NCBI GenBank assembly: GCA_041690595.1
Contig: JAWLHB010000034.1
Span: 1 to 64,000, forward strand
Direction: 5' to 3'
Source: Lentisphaeria bacterium
GTDB taxonomy: Bacteria; Verrucomicrobiota; Lentisphaeria; JABSQK01; JAWLHB01
DNA: 64,000 nt
Shown here: positions 9,201 through 18,100 of the stretch, piece after piece
How positions within the stretch are numbered: position 1 is the stretch's first letter
Layout of the letters: every line of letters begins with the position of its first letter
Program-made: the position numbers and the translations under genes
Notes under the pieces: model-generated
Database searches by the model: none
What the model was told of the DNA's origin: nothing
The model's input: the letters and a program-made list of their open reading frames with translations, nothing else

Positions 9201-9617
9201 CCCGATCACCGGCGGGATCAGCGCGTCGAGCAGCGCTCCGCTCACCTGCCGATGGGGCGAACTCACCATCAGGTTCGCCAGCGAACTTGGTGTTCCCTCC
9301 GCCGTCAGGCACAGCTCCGTGATCAGGTAGGGATACTCGCCCTCGATCCCATAATCGCAGACTCGCAGGATGTTCGGATGCTGAAAGCGCGTCAGCAACT
9401 TCGCTTCCTGCTCGAAGCGCTCCCGCTCCTGCGCCTCCCCCGCCAGCCTGCCGGTCAGCAGCTTGGCCGCGCGCCGCACGCACTGCTCACGATCCAGGCA
9501 GCGAAAGACGATCCCCATGCCGCCGCGCCCGAGCTGGTCTTCCAGCTCATAGCGGTTGCCCAGAAGCTGGGGTAGGGGAGGCAGGTCACCTTCCGATATG
9601 GCGGGCATTGTCGTCAT
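6201..9617 (-). CDS. Hanks-type Ser/Thr protein kinase with TM helix and C-terminal HEAT/PBS-lyase repeats
   Basis: GRGGMG, AAK, HRDIKPGN, DFG, GTYSYMSPE and DVYSFG; TM VGLVMAAVGLVLGIGWFLL; many ALGRIGPxA HEAT repeats. Confidence 0.92.
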   Translation of the reverse strand: MTTMPAISEGDLPPLPQLLGNRYELEDQLGRGGMGIVFRCLDREQCVRRAAKLLTGRLAGEAQERERFEQEAKLLTRFQHPNILRVCDYGIEGEYPYLITELCLTAEGTPSSLANLMVSSPHRQVSGALLDALIPPVIGALADLHNEGLVHRDIKPGNILLHQPAEGELLAKLSDFGLVALTGDAHLREMAEFSMSMNLEQESAQGMALVGTYSYMSPEQKRGEVIDARSDVYSFGLMLYRLATGYDRISFALPSEIVEGLPTWIDAIVKASVDGEKEHRAASAEELFALLPPAYQERLPRLTQPDRRASLQKAREERRDRQNESVAEAEEAVLLDEAEPPVEVRGRPRKLKVGLVMAAVGLVLGIGWFLLADKEGEEVPSGERVAGIHELLASNEAEALQLGMQRLRTASSETVARFRPRLIELLAHPDVTVRRMATTVMGDLGEAHESFRSPLLAQLEDADEVVVLYALQAIRRWQPAPDEAVARVHGLFARAQGKARQEAAATLAVLPVPLEPRYADYFLYDGKVEPLVALGDQLLPELKQALTSNDRGVQYHALQVFERLGESARPAAPLLLPLLGNEDRDLRTAAEAALLAIGPTIAGDLLGLLRSGNEYARSAAVQVLSRMEPAIPEVAWAPYYVQRGDSQAVRALGSAAVPVLMTGFADSGSAYQQQVLTLLWSLGTQAAEAAPALAEYLERHHRTSGGEAIMATLGAIGPGAGVARPIILDILRESSPDRAQAAAQALAAIGVPAQRENLAYFLWSARHAPTIDTQLTAIRELGNIGGASGQAREYLALVLAEGEDERLAEAASLALAAIGEPAVPLLRSLLSRQSRATRRAIDTLGRIGPPAQSAVDELGALMGVPQDDIRRAALEALGRIGEASVPLLLKALGMPQNRSQAATALAQIGAPALLRLRNELLNTPDRSYRSAAILTIGLMGEAAAPAVIDLRKALGSPEKYDNREVLRALGRIGPAAAPALPEVAPYLQSSSEELRQSAIRCMAGIGARGIPYLGRALSHDTLDVREGAMAALQELGPQSAIALPQLERAYESGNATTRERVIAVLGSMGSGERRHLPLLERALRDEDPRVRMLAVQILSRLGAGARSLLPALEELRAREASDAFRQAITQAIDSIRAQ

Positions 9618-9723
9618 TTCGCCGGCTTTTCCCTTTGTATTTCTGGCGTATGCCTAGATAGTAAACCACCTCCCTGCAAGCTGCCAGTCCACACGGCCCA
9701 ACTCGACGGAGAGCGACGCCCGA

Positions 9724-10740
9724 ATGAGTGCCAGATCCACCATTTCCCTCAAGCCGCGCGTGCCCGTCACCGCCGTCGATACCAAGGCCGACGCCACCGT
9801 CTCTCTGCCGGGGCCGCCGACGCAGTCCATCGCCGAGTTTCTGCCACAGTCGCAACAGCTGATCGGGCGCATCCGCCCCGGGATTCAGGTCAGTCACTAC
9901 CTTGTCGGCGAGCGCATCGGCATTGGTGGCATGGGCATGGTCCATCGCGCTCTCGACAGCCGCGACAACGCCCCCGTCGCCATCAAGTTCCTCATCTCCT
10001 CCCCCGAACAGGGACAGATGAAGATCGACCGCTTTCGCCAGGAGGCCGAGATCGTGCGCCGCCTCGAGCACGCCGCCATCGTCAACGTCCGCGACATCGC
10101 CTCTCATGACGATCTCCATTATCTGGTCATGGAACTCTTCCTCGGTCCCTACGACAAGCCCGTCAACCTCGCCGACTATGCCGGCCGCTTCGGCGCCGCC
10201 AACGGTCGGCTGGACGAGGAGGATACCCGCAACATCATGCTCGTCCTCCTCGATGCCATCGCCCATGCTCACCAGAATGGCGTTGTCCACTGCGATCTGA
10301 AGCCCGAGAACATCCTCTTTCAATCCCTGGGCATGGAGGGAGACTACTGGCATGCGCACCTCAAGCTCACCGATTTCGGCGTCGCCAGGCTGGTAGGCGA
10401 GGAGTTGGTCCACCAGTCCGTCACCCAGTCCCTCCGCAAGATGAGCACCGGCGAAGAGGTCAACTCCGATGCCCTCGCCCTCCTGGGCACCTACGACTAC
10501 ATGAGTCCCGAGCAGCGCCGAGGCGAACCGGCCACCACCGCCTCCGACATCTACGCCATTGGCCTCATGATCTACCGCTTTCTCACCGGACAGAGCGAAC
10601 TGGGGCTGCGCCGCCCCAGCGAGCTGCGCCCCGACATGAACCCCGCCTGGGATTCCGTCATCCTCAAGGCCCTTCAGGAACGGGCGGACCGACGCTTCGA
10701 AAGCGCCGAACTCATGGCAGACGCCATCAGAGCCCTCTGA
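9724..10740 (+). CDS. Stand-alone Ser/Thr protein kinase (non-RD, HCD)
   Basis: GIGGMG, VAIK, HCDLKPEN, DFG, GTYDYMSPE and DIYAIG; no TM or sensor domain. Confidence 0.92.
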   Translation: MSARSTISLKPRVPVTAVDTKADATVSLPGPPTQSIAEFLPQSQQLIGRIRPGIQVSHYLVGERIGIGGMGMVHRALDSRDNAPVAIKFLISSPEQGQMKIDRFRQEAEIVRRLEHAAIVNVRDIASHDDLHYLVMELFLGPYDKPVNLADYAGRFGAANGRLDEEDTRNIMLVLLDAIAHAHQNGVVHCDLKPENILFQSLGMEGDYWHAHLKLTDFGVARLVGEELVHQSVTQSLRKMSTGEEVNSDALALLGTYDYMSPEQRRGEPATTASDIYAIGLMIYRFLTGQSELGLRRPSELRPDMNPAWDSVILKALQERADRRFESAELMADAIRAL

Positions 10741-10770
10741 TCCTCCCCCTTCTCCCGCCGATTCAACCCA

Positions 10771-12363
10771 GTGAGACAGACGACCATGACTGCCCTGCGC
10801 CTGCTTCTCCTTGCCCTCTTCGCGGCGCTGACGGCACATGCCGAACCCGCCCCCAGAAGCCTGATCCTCTTCATCGCTGACGGCGTCGGTCCCGGCCACG
10901 TCGAACTCGCTCGCCTCTGCGCCGACCGGCCGCTCCATCTCGATGCCATCCTCACCGGCTCCATTCGCACCGCCAGCGCCAATTCGGCGACGACCGATTC
11001 CGCCGCGGCCGCCACCGCCTATGCTACCGGCTGGAAGACCAACAACGGCGTTGTCGCCATGTATCCCGAACCCCGCGCCGCCGATGCCGCCGACACCGCG
11101 GAGCCTCCGCGATTCATCCCCGTCGCCACCCTCCTCGAAACCGCTCGCCTCCAAGGCAAAGCCACCGGCCTCGTCGCCACCAGCACCATTCAACACGCCA
11201 CCCCCGCCGCCTTCTCCAGCCACCTCCACCAACGATCCAGGTATACCGACATCGCCCTCCAGCAGTGCCACCAGGCCATCGATGTTCTCTTTGGCGGAGG
11301 CACACGCTTCCTCCAGACCAAAGAGCAGGGTGGGGCACGCGAGGATGGCCGTGACCTGCTCCGAGAACTTGCCGACCGGGGCGTCGCTGTCGTTCACGAC
11401 CGCGCGGCCATGCTCGCCCTGAGCTCCACCCCCGCCTGGGGGCTCTTCGCCCACGAAGATCTCCCCTGCGACATCGATCGCCACCTGCACCCCACCCAGC
11501 CATCCCTTCCCGACATGACCGCCACCGCCATCCGTCTCCTTCAGCAGGCACCGAATGGCTTTGTCCTCATGGTCGAAGGCAGCAAGATCGACTGGGCGGC
11601 TCATGCCAACGATCCCGTCGGCGTCGTCAGCGAGCTGCTCGCCTTCGATGCCGCTGTCGCTCTCGCCCTCGACTACGCGCGCACCGATGGCCGAACCCTC
11701 GTCGTTGCCGTCTCCGATCACGACACCGGCGGCCCTTCGCTTCGGGACGCGACAACCGCGCCGCAACTCATCGCCAAGGCCCGCCTCACCGGCGAAGGCG
11801 TCGCCAGAATGCTCGGCGACACCCGCGACGAAGCGACCCTGCGCCAGGCGCTTGCCACGCATTACGCCCTCGACAACCTCTCCGACGACGAGATGGCCAA
11901 GGTCGTCGGCGTCTCCGCGAAGGCCCTCCCCGGCATTATCGGCCCGATATTCAGCCAGCGCGCCGCCGTGGAGTGGCAGGGAAAGGGCCACACCGGCATC
12001 GATGTCCCGCTCTGGGCGTACGGCCCCCGCTCACCACGGGGTCTCATGGAAAACGACCAACTGGGCCGATCGCTCTTCGCCGCCCTCGACCTCGATCCCG
12101 CCGCTGCCACCAGCGCGCTCTTCGCTCCAGTCGAGTCCCTCTTTCCCGAAGCGGAGATCCTCATCAAGGAAGATCCCGCCAACCCCCCGGTCCTCGAAAT
12201 CCGCACAGCCGACCATCTCCTTCTCGCCTGGCCCGGCACTAACCGTCTGCACATCGATGGACGCGAAGAGATCCTGCCGGGGATCACCCTCATGACCCAC
12301 TCGCGCCAGCTCTTCATGCCTGCCGCCGCCGCCCGCTTGCCGACGACTCCCGCCGCGGATTGA
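10771..12363 (+). CDS. Alkaline phosphatase (PhoA family), secreted
   Basis: Signal peptide; ILFIADG, TDSAAAATA catalytic Ser, HATPA, VEGSKIDWAAHAND, SDHDTGG and GHTG. The start could be 10786. Confidence 0.9.
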   Translation: MRQTTMTALRLLLLALFAALTAHAEPAPRSLILFIADGVGPGHVELARLCADRPLHLDAILTGSIRTASANSATTDSAAAATAYATGWKTNNGVVAMYPEPRAADAADTAEPPRFIPVATLLETARLQGKATGLVATSTIQHATPAAFSSHLHQRSRYTDIALQQCHQAIDVLFGGGTRFLQTKEQGGAREDGRDLLRELADRGVAVVHDRAAMLALSSTPAWGLFAHEDLPCDIDRHLHPTQPSLPDMTATAIRLLQQAPNGFVLMVEGSKIDWAAHANDPVGVVSELLAFDAAVALALDYARTDGRTLVVAVSDHDTGGPSLRDATTAPQLIAKARLTGEGVARMLGDTRDEATLRQALATHYALDNLSDDEMAKVVGVSAKALPGIIGPIFSQRAAVEWQGKGHTGIDVPLWAYGPRSPRGLMENDQLGRSLFAALDLDPAAATSALFAPVESLFPEAEILIKEDPANPPVLEIRTADHLLLAWPGTNRLHIDGREEILPGITLMTHSRQLFMPAAAARLPTTPAAD

Positions 12364-12382
12364 GCCAGTCGTCCATAAAACC

Positions 12383-12411
12383 TTGCACACCCGCAACCAT
12401 GGCATTATATT
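12383..12411 (+). promoter_or_regulatory. Sigma-70 promoter for ilvC
   Basis: TTGCAC, 17-bp spacer, TATATT; AGGAG RBS at 12477-12481. Confidence 0.55.
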
Positions 12412-12487
12412 GCGCGCTTCAGAAAAGTCGTACTAACCAGCCGTATGACGTGCAGCGTTTTATCTTCAACATAGACAGGAGTTCAGC

Positions 12488-13588
12488 ATGGCTACTATCA
12501 ACTTTGGCGGGGTGCAGGAAGAGGTCATCACCCGCGAAGACTTCCCCATGAGCAAGGCCCTCGAGGTCCTCAAGAACGAAACCATCGCTGTCATTGGCTA
12601 CGGCGTCCAGGGCCCCGCTCAGGCCCTCAACATGAAGGACAACGGCTTCAATGTCATCATTGGCCAGTCCCCCAAGTTCAAGCGTGACTGGGACCGTGCC
12701 ATCGCCGATGGCTGGGTTCCCGGCGAAACCCTTTTTGACATCGACGAGGCCGCCACCCGTGGCACCATCGTCCAGATCCTCGTCTCCGATGCCGCCCAGA
12801 AGGTCGTTTGGCCCACCATCGAGAAGTGCCTCAATGAAGGCGATGCCCTCTATTTCTCCCACGGCTTCTCCATTGTCTACCGCGAGCAGACCGGCGTCAT
12901 CCCCCCGAAGAATGTCGACGTGATCCTCGTCGCCCCCAAGGGCTCGGGCCTCAATGTCCGTCGTAACTTCCTCAGCGGTGCCGGCATCAACTCCTCCTTC
13001 GCCGTTGGCCAGGATTTCACCGGCCGCGCCGGTGAGCGCGCCATCGCCGTCGGTATTGCCGTCGGTTCCGGCTACCTCTTCCCCACCACCTTCGAAGGCG
13101 AAGTCTACAGCGACCTCACCGGCGAGCGCGGCATCCTCATGGGCGCCCTCTGCGGTGTCATGGAAGCCCAGTACGACGTTCTCCGCGCCAATGGCCACAG
13201 TCCCTCCGAGGCCTTCAACGAGACCGTCGAAGAACTCACCCAGAGCCTGATCCGTCTGGTTGACGAGAACGGCATGGACTGGATGTACGCCAACTGCTCC
13301 GCCACCGCCCAGCGCGGCGCCCTCGACTGGCGTCCCCGCTTCAAGCAGGCCGTCCAGCCCGTCTTCGAACTGCTCTACCTGCGCGTCCGTGACGGCATCG
13401 AGACCCAGCGCGTCATCGAGTCCTGCGGCGCCGCCAACTACCAGGAAAAGCTGAGCGAAGAACTCAACGAGATGGCCAACAGCGAGATGTGGCAGGCTGG
13501 CAAAGCCACCCGCAGCCTCCGGCCCAAGCTCGCCGGTTCCGACTCCGCCGCTGCCGCCACCGGCGTCTCCGGTCGCTCGCAGAACTGA
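12488..13588 (+). CDS. ilvC: Ketol-acid reductoisomerase (Bacteroidetes/fungal Ilv5-like type)
   Basis: VIGYGVQG, FSHGF, VAPKGSG, SDLTGERGILMG, EAFNETVEE and CSATAQRGALDW. Confidence 0.95.
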   Translation: MATINFGGVQEEVITREDFPMSKALEVLKNETIAVIGYGVQGPAQALNMKDNGFNVIIGQSPKFKRDWDRAIADGWVPGETLFDIDEAATRGTIVQILVSDAAQKVVWPTIEKCLNEGDALYFSHGFSIVYREQTGVIPPKNVDVILVAPKGSGLNVRRNFLSGAGINSSFAVGQDFTGRAGERAIAVGIAVGSGYLFPTTFEGEVYSDLTGERGILMGALCGVMEAQYDVLRANGHSPSEAFNETVEELTQSLIRLVDENGMDWMYANCSATAQRGALDWRPRFKQAVQPVFELLYLRVRDGIETQRVIESCGAANYQEKLSEELNEMANSEMWQAGKATRSLRPKLAGSDSAAAATGVSGRSQN

Positions 13589-13617
13589 CGTTGGCTTCAT
13601 AGCCTTCGCGACCTCTC

Positions 13618-13649
13618 AGGCCCGGTTGCTCACGCAGCCGGGCCTTTTT
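13618..13649 (+). terminator. Intrinsic terminator after ilvC
   Basis: AGGCCCGGTTGC-TCAC-GCAGCCGGGCCT followed by TTTT. Confidence 0.85.
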
Positions 13650-13689
13650 CATTCCCCCGGCGCATTACATTACCGCTCTGCTTGCCGCC

Positions 13690-14748
13690 CTACTGCGTCC
13701 GGAGGATCTCTGTCCGCATGCGCTCGTATTCCGTCTTCAGATCCTCCCACGGCTCCGCCTCTTCCTGCTTCTCGATCACGCCAGTGGTTCGCGCCACCAG
13801 ATTGTGATACTGCTGCAGGTAGCGAATGGCCCGCTCCGGATCCCGCGAGTGATACCAGTGGATGACCTGCAGCGTTTCCATCGCCAGCTCCGTCTGCGAC
13901 AAGGGCTCGACCGGTGTCCGCGTCTCGAACGATTCCTGATCCCAACCCTTATGTGGCACCCAGTAGTGCTGCGCCTCCACTCCTGCATCCGCGGCATACA
14001 GGCTCTCCACCCACTTCGATTCCCGTGTCCGGGGATGTCGCTGATACAGCAGCCGATTCATGGCCGTCACCGTGATCCGGCGACCTCCCGTGTACAGGCA
14101 CCGCTCCTCCAGCCGCGTATGCGTGCCGAAGAAGTAGAAGTAGGCCATCCCCACGAAAGACAACGCCACCAGCACCAGGAGCAGCTTCCGGGTGCCCGCG
14201 TTCCACAACCACGGATAGCGGCTCTCCTTCTTGTTCTTCTCCTTCAGCTTCGCTTCCGCCCACAGGCTCTTCTCCGGACGGCGGTTCATCTGCACCGTCC
14301 GCTCCAGTTGCCGCATGCGGATCTTCACCTTCCCCCGCCGCTCCGACAACTGCTTCAAGTCATAGCCATCCACCAGCAGGTTGTTGCCCGTTTCGTCCAC
14401 CATCATCCGGAAATAGTGGCGGCGCCGCCCATTGAAGTACTGCCCCTGCGACTTCAGCGAGTCATACTGGGCTGAGAAGCGCTCCGTCACCGTCACCTGC
14501 ATCACCGCCCGCGGCACCTTCGGCGAAGCCACCTTTTCCAGGTCGAACTCCACGTCGCGCAGCGTTCGCTGTTCGGACATGTCCTGTTGCCGCAACTCCC
14601 CGATCACCCGGCGAAGCTCACGAGCCCCTGTATCCGTCGCGATCAGCCCCGGCTTCACGTTCATGCCGGTCACGCCATCATAAAGCATCCGGATAAACCG
14701 ATAAGCCAGGGCACCGCACACGCCCTCTGAATCATTCGCCATCTTCAT
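13690..14748 (-). CDS. Hypothetical single-pass membrane protein
   Basis: 352-aa ORF with natural composition, one TM (LLLVLVALSFVGMAYFYFF) and an AGGGA RBS; no family recognised. Confidence 0.7.
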   Translation of the reverse strand: MKMANDSEGVCGALAYRFIRMLYDGVTGMNVKPGLIATDTGARELRRVIGELRQQDMSEQRTLRDVEFDLEKVASPKVPRAVMQVTVTERFSAQYDSLKSQGQYFNGRRRHYFRMMVDETGNNLLVDGYDLKQLSERRGKVKIRMRQLERTVQMNRRPEKSLWAEAKLKEKNKKESRYPWLWNAGTRKLLLVLVALSFVGMAYFYFFGTHTRLEERCLYTGGRRITVTAMNRLLYQRHPRTRESKWVESLYAADAGVEAQHYWVPHKGWDQESFETRTPVEPLSQTELAMETLQVIHWYHSRDPERAIRYLQQYHNLVARTTGVIEKQEEAEPWEDLKTEYERMRTEILRTQ

Positions 14749-14828
14749 GTCCCTGTCACGTTACCACGCCATCGCTGTACGCACCCAATATATGGCCCTG
14801 TACGCCACCTGCAAGCAAGCTAATGATC

Positions 14829-14987
14829 CCCGCGCCCCCTGGGTACGCCACTCGCCTGAGTGGCCCCGGCGTTGGACGTTGCCCCTTCCCAACCTCCATC
14901 ACACCTCCCGCGCCCCCTGGGCACGCCACTCGCCTGAGTGGCCCCGGCGTTGGACGTTGCCCCTTCCCAACCTCCAGCACACCTCCC
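14829..14987. repeat. Two tandem 78-bp REP-like units
   Basis: Units start at 14829 and 14907 and are nearly identical; each contains the hairpin GCCACTC-GCCT-GAGTGGC. Confidence 0.9.
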
Positions 14988-15060
14988 ACGCCTCGCTCCA
15001 TCCCAAAACCTCGGTCTCCGTGTCCCCGCGTCCGCGTCTCGCCTTTTTCTCCCCATAGCG

Positions 15061-15157
15061 TGTCGGGATCTGGAGATCCGATCTCCAGATCCCGACAGAA
15101 TATATCGAGGGGTCTGGGGAGGTGCGCCTCCCCAGCGGGGTCCGGGGCAGCGCCCCG
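15061..15157. repeat. Inverted copy of the composite element at 1031-1127
   Basis: A 37-bp palindrome (15061-15097; one mismatch to the reverse complement of 1091-1127), an 8-bp spacer, then 52 bp (15106-15157) that is the reverse complement of 1031-1082. Confidence 0.9.
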
Positions 15158-15172
15158 CGGATCGTCCCCGCG

Positions 15173-18100
15173 TTATCGCGTCCCCGCCTGCTTCCTCTCC
15201 AGGGTCACGGGGCCAAGCAGTCCGGATACCGGCTCACCGCGGTAGCAGGTTGGAATGGTCAGGTAATGGTTCGCCAACGTGTTGTAGACCAGGATCGCCA
15301 ACACGTTCTCCCCCTCCTGAACCGCGTCCGTCAGGTCGAAGCGCCACGGCGGCGCCACCCGGACACCGACCCGCCGCCCGTTGAGATGCACCTCCGCGGT
15401 CGCCACGACCCGACCAAGATCCAGGATGAGCTGCCCGCCCGCATGCACCTTCTCCAGCACGATGCGCCGGCGATACCACGCTCCGCCCGAATAGGCAGCC
15501 AGCCCTCCGCTCACCGCCCAGTCCCCGGCCGGCAGCGCGCCCTTGCCGCAGTCGAACGCGATTGGCGCCGTCAGCGTGGCACCCCCGTAAGCTCCGCGCA
15601 CCTGCTCGATTCGCAGCGCCACCTGGCAGGGTGTTGCCCACGGACTCTCCAGAGCAAAATCCCACCCTGAAGAGACAGGGATCCCTTCCACCCGCTGCCC
15701 GGCGATCCATGCCTGCACCTGCCCGTCGGTCGGCACCCGCATCCGCAGCAGACCCGGCGGCGCCATGAATCGATACCAGCCCGCGGGGGCGGCGGCCTCG
15801 GGATACACATCGTACGGCACCACCCCGCCATCCAGATGCCACCGCATCGCCAGCCCACCCGGATCCACCTCTGCCGCTGCCATCCCGGTTTTCCGAACCA
15901 CCACGTGCCCCCGGCCTGGACCGTCGTACCGCAGCAACAGCGGATTGGCGCCCGCCCGCAGCATCACCGGCTGATCGAACGACAATACGCGTTGCCCGTT
16001 GAGCCAGATCCCCGTCGGCCGATTGCCTCCCGTCAGCAGGTCGCAAGGCATCGCGGTCGGGGCCGCGGCCGTCGTCCACAAATAATATCGGCTCCCTGCC
16101 GGATCGGCGACATACTCGAAATGCCCGGTGGGGGCCAGATGGCGACGGATGCCGAGCGCAATGAAGTCGTCCGTCACCCTGCTCTTCAAGCCATGATACC
16201 CCTGTACGCCCGGATCACCCTCCACGCCCCAGCGCCAGGAGAACGCATAGGGTTGCCAGCACCACGCGCGTCCACCCGCCATCACGGGGATCGCCGGATC
16301 GAGATGGCTCAGCTTCGACAGACTCTCGTCCAAGTCGATCTCGTCCGGCAATGGCCCGAGCAGCCAGAATTGTGGACCAAAATCCTGCGTCACTTCCGGC
16401 CAGAAGCTGTCGTCATACTCCGGTCGCTCCCAGCCTTCCCGCGAACCTCTCTCCTCCGCATGGCGGAAGCGTCGTCCCTCCGGCCCGATTGTCGTCGGCG
16501 TCGGCGGCCAGCGGAAATCCCCGAAGCGATTGTCCATCGTCGGCTTCAGCTCGAACTCCCAATTCCCATCGAGAGCGTGAAGCTGCACGGCCGGCGGTTC
16601 CACGGTCGTCTCCACCTCGGCCACGCCGGGGCTGAAGACGATGAGGTTCGCCTCCGCCTCGCCCAGCGGCAGCCGCAGCCGCGTCCGCCCCGCCGCCTGC
16701 TCGATGACAGGCAGGGCTTGTCTCTCCCCCGTCCATGGATCCCACAGCTCCACCCGGCCCGTGGCGCGAAAGCTGCATTCCGCCCCTTGTGGCGCCCCAT
16801 GCACCAGGTAAATCTCCCGGTCACCGATGCGCCGATGCAGGAAGTTGGGCGATACCCCCTCGGGTGCCAGCACCGCAAAATCGCGCGGAACCGCTTCGGA
16901 AATCACCGCGCCAAGCTCTTCCGCTCCCGCAACCCGCGTCGTGAGATGGGCCACCAGCGCGTCCAGTTCGGGATCGTCCCGCCCAGCCCGGTCGCTCGCC
17001 TCCGGCACGGCACCCACGAGCGCCACCATGCCACCCGCCTGTTGCAAGGCAAGCGCCTGCCGCAGCGTACTCCAGCGCACTGCCCGCATCCCCGGCAGGA
17101 CCAGCACCCGATAGCATTCCCCGCTGACCCGCAACGCCCCTTCCGCCGCCGTCGCGCGCTCCACCGACTCGAAATCGATGAAATCGAAGTCGATACCATG
17201 TGCATAGAGCCATTCACCGGCCGCAAAAGCCGTCGCCACCGCTTCCGCACCCCCAAGCCCGGCTTCAACCGCCGCAACCGGATAGACGATGGCCACATCG
17301 CAGCAGTGCCGCCCCTGGCTGAGCAGGTAGCTGAGCCGTTCCACCATAGTCAGGAATGCGTCCATGTGCGGCCAGTACGGCATCCGGAAGTGGTTGCATG
17401 GCGGCGCCCACTCCCAGTACCCACCGTGGGTCGAGTAGTAGAGCCCATGCAGGGAAAGCATGTTCTGCCCCTGGGCGAAGCAGGTGAAGGTCGCCCGCAC
17501 CAGCATTTCCGTGCTGGTCCCCCAGCCGCTGGAATAGTACCCTTCCAGCCAGACCCGCGGCCGTTCATAAAGGTGGGCAATCGAACTTGCAACTTTGTTC
17601 TTGATCAGGTCGATGTGAAGCTTCGGCTGGTCGCAGCCGGGCCCCTGGTTCCAGCGCATCGCCCGGAAGTAGTCGCCGAATTCCACCACATGGCGCCCGC
17701 GTCCCCCGTGGTCGCAGCCATGAATCATGCCCCGCTTCTGATGCCAGTCGAAGACCGGTCGAAAGAAACCCTCCTCCGCCAACGCCACCATCACATCCCG
17801 GTAATCCAGCCGCACCTTCGGCGTCCGCGCACCGTCATCCACGAAGAGCGCCGGCAACTCCGGCACCAGATCATAACCCTTCCTCCGCCGGAACTCCTCC
17901 GCCAGATGATCATTCCACAGATTGCCCTCAACCCCGAAGATCAACTCGTCCGAGAAGAAGAAATTGAGCCCCTTTCCCCCCTCCCCGGGGTAGCGCCGCT
18001 CGAACTGCCCGAAGAATAGCTCCGCATAGCGTTTACCGCCCTCCGGATGTAACGGATCGAACGAGGCCGCCACCCGTTCCGCCACCACCGCGATGATCCG

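Noticed and set aside
9586..11991. 801-aa minus-strand ORF and similar long shadows (2753-4435, 15836-18019, 23412-25364, 36604-38328, 53759-55588)
   Set aside because: Each lies antisense to well-supported genes and shows no recognisable motifs.
12488..13588. Fungal-like IlvC as a eukaryote-to-bacterium transfer
   Set aside because: This KARI type is already known in Bacteroidetes and other bacteria, and its codon usage looks native.
14829..14987. 78-bp doublet as a mini-CRISPR or as a coding repeat (ORF 14747-15058)
   Set aside because: The whole unit is duplicated with no distinct spacer, and the ORFs over it are low-complexity translations of hairpin DNA.
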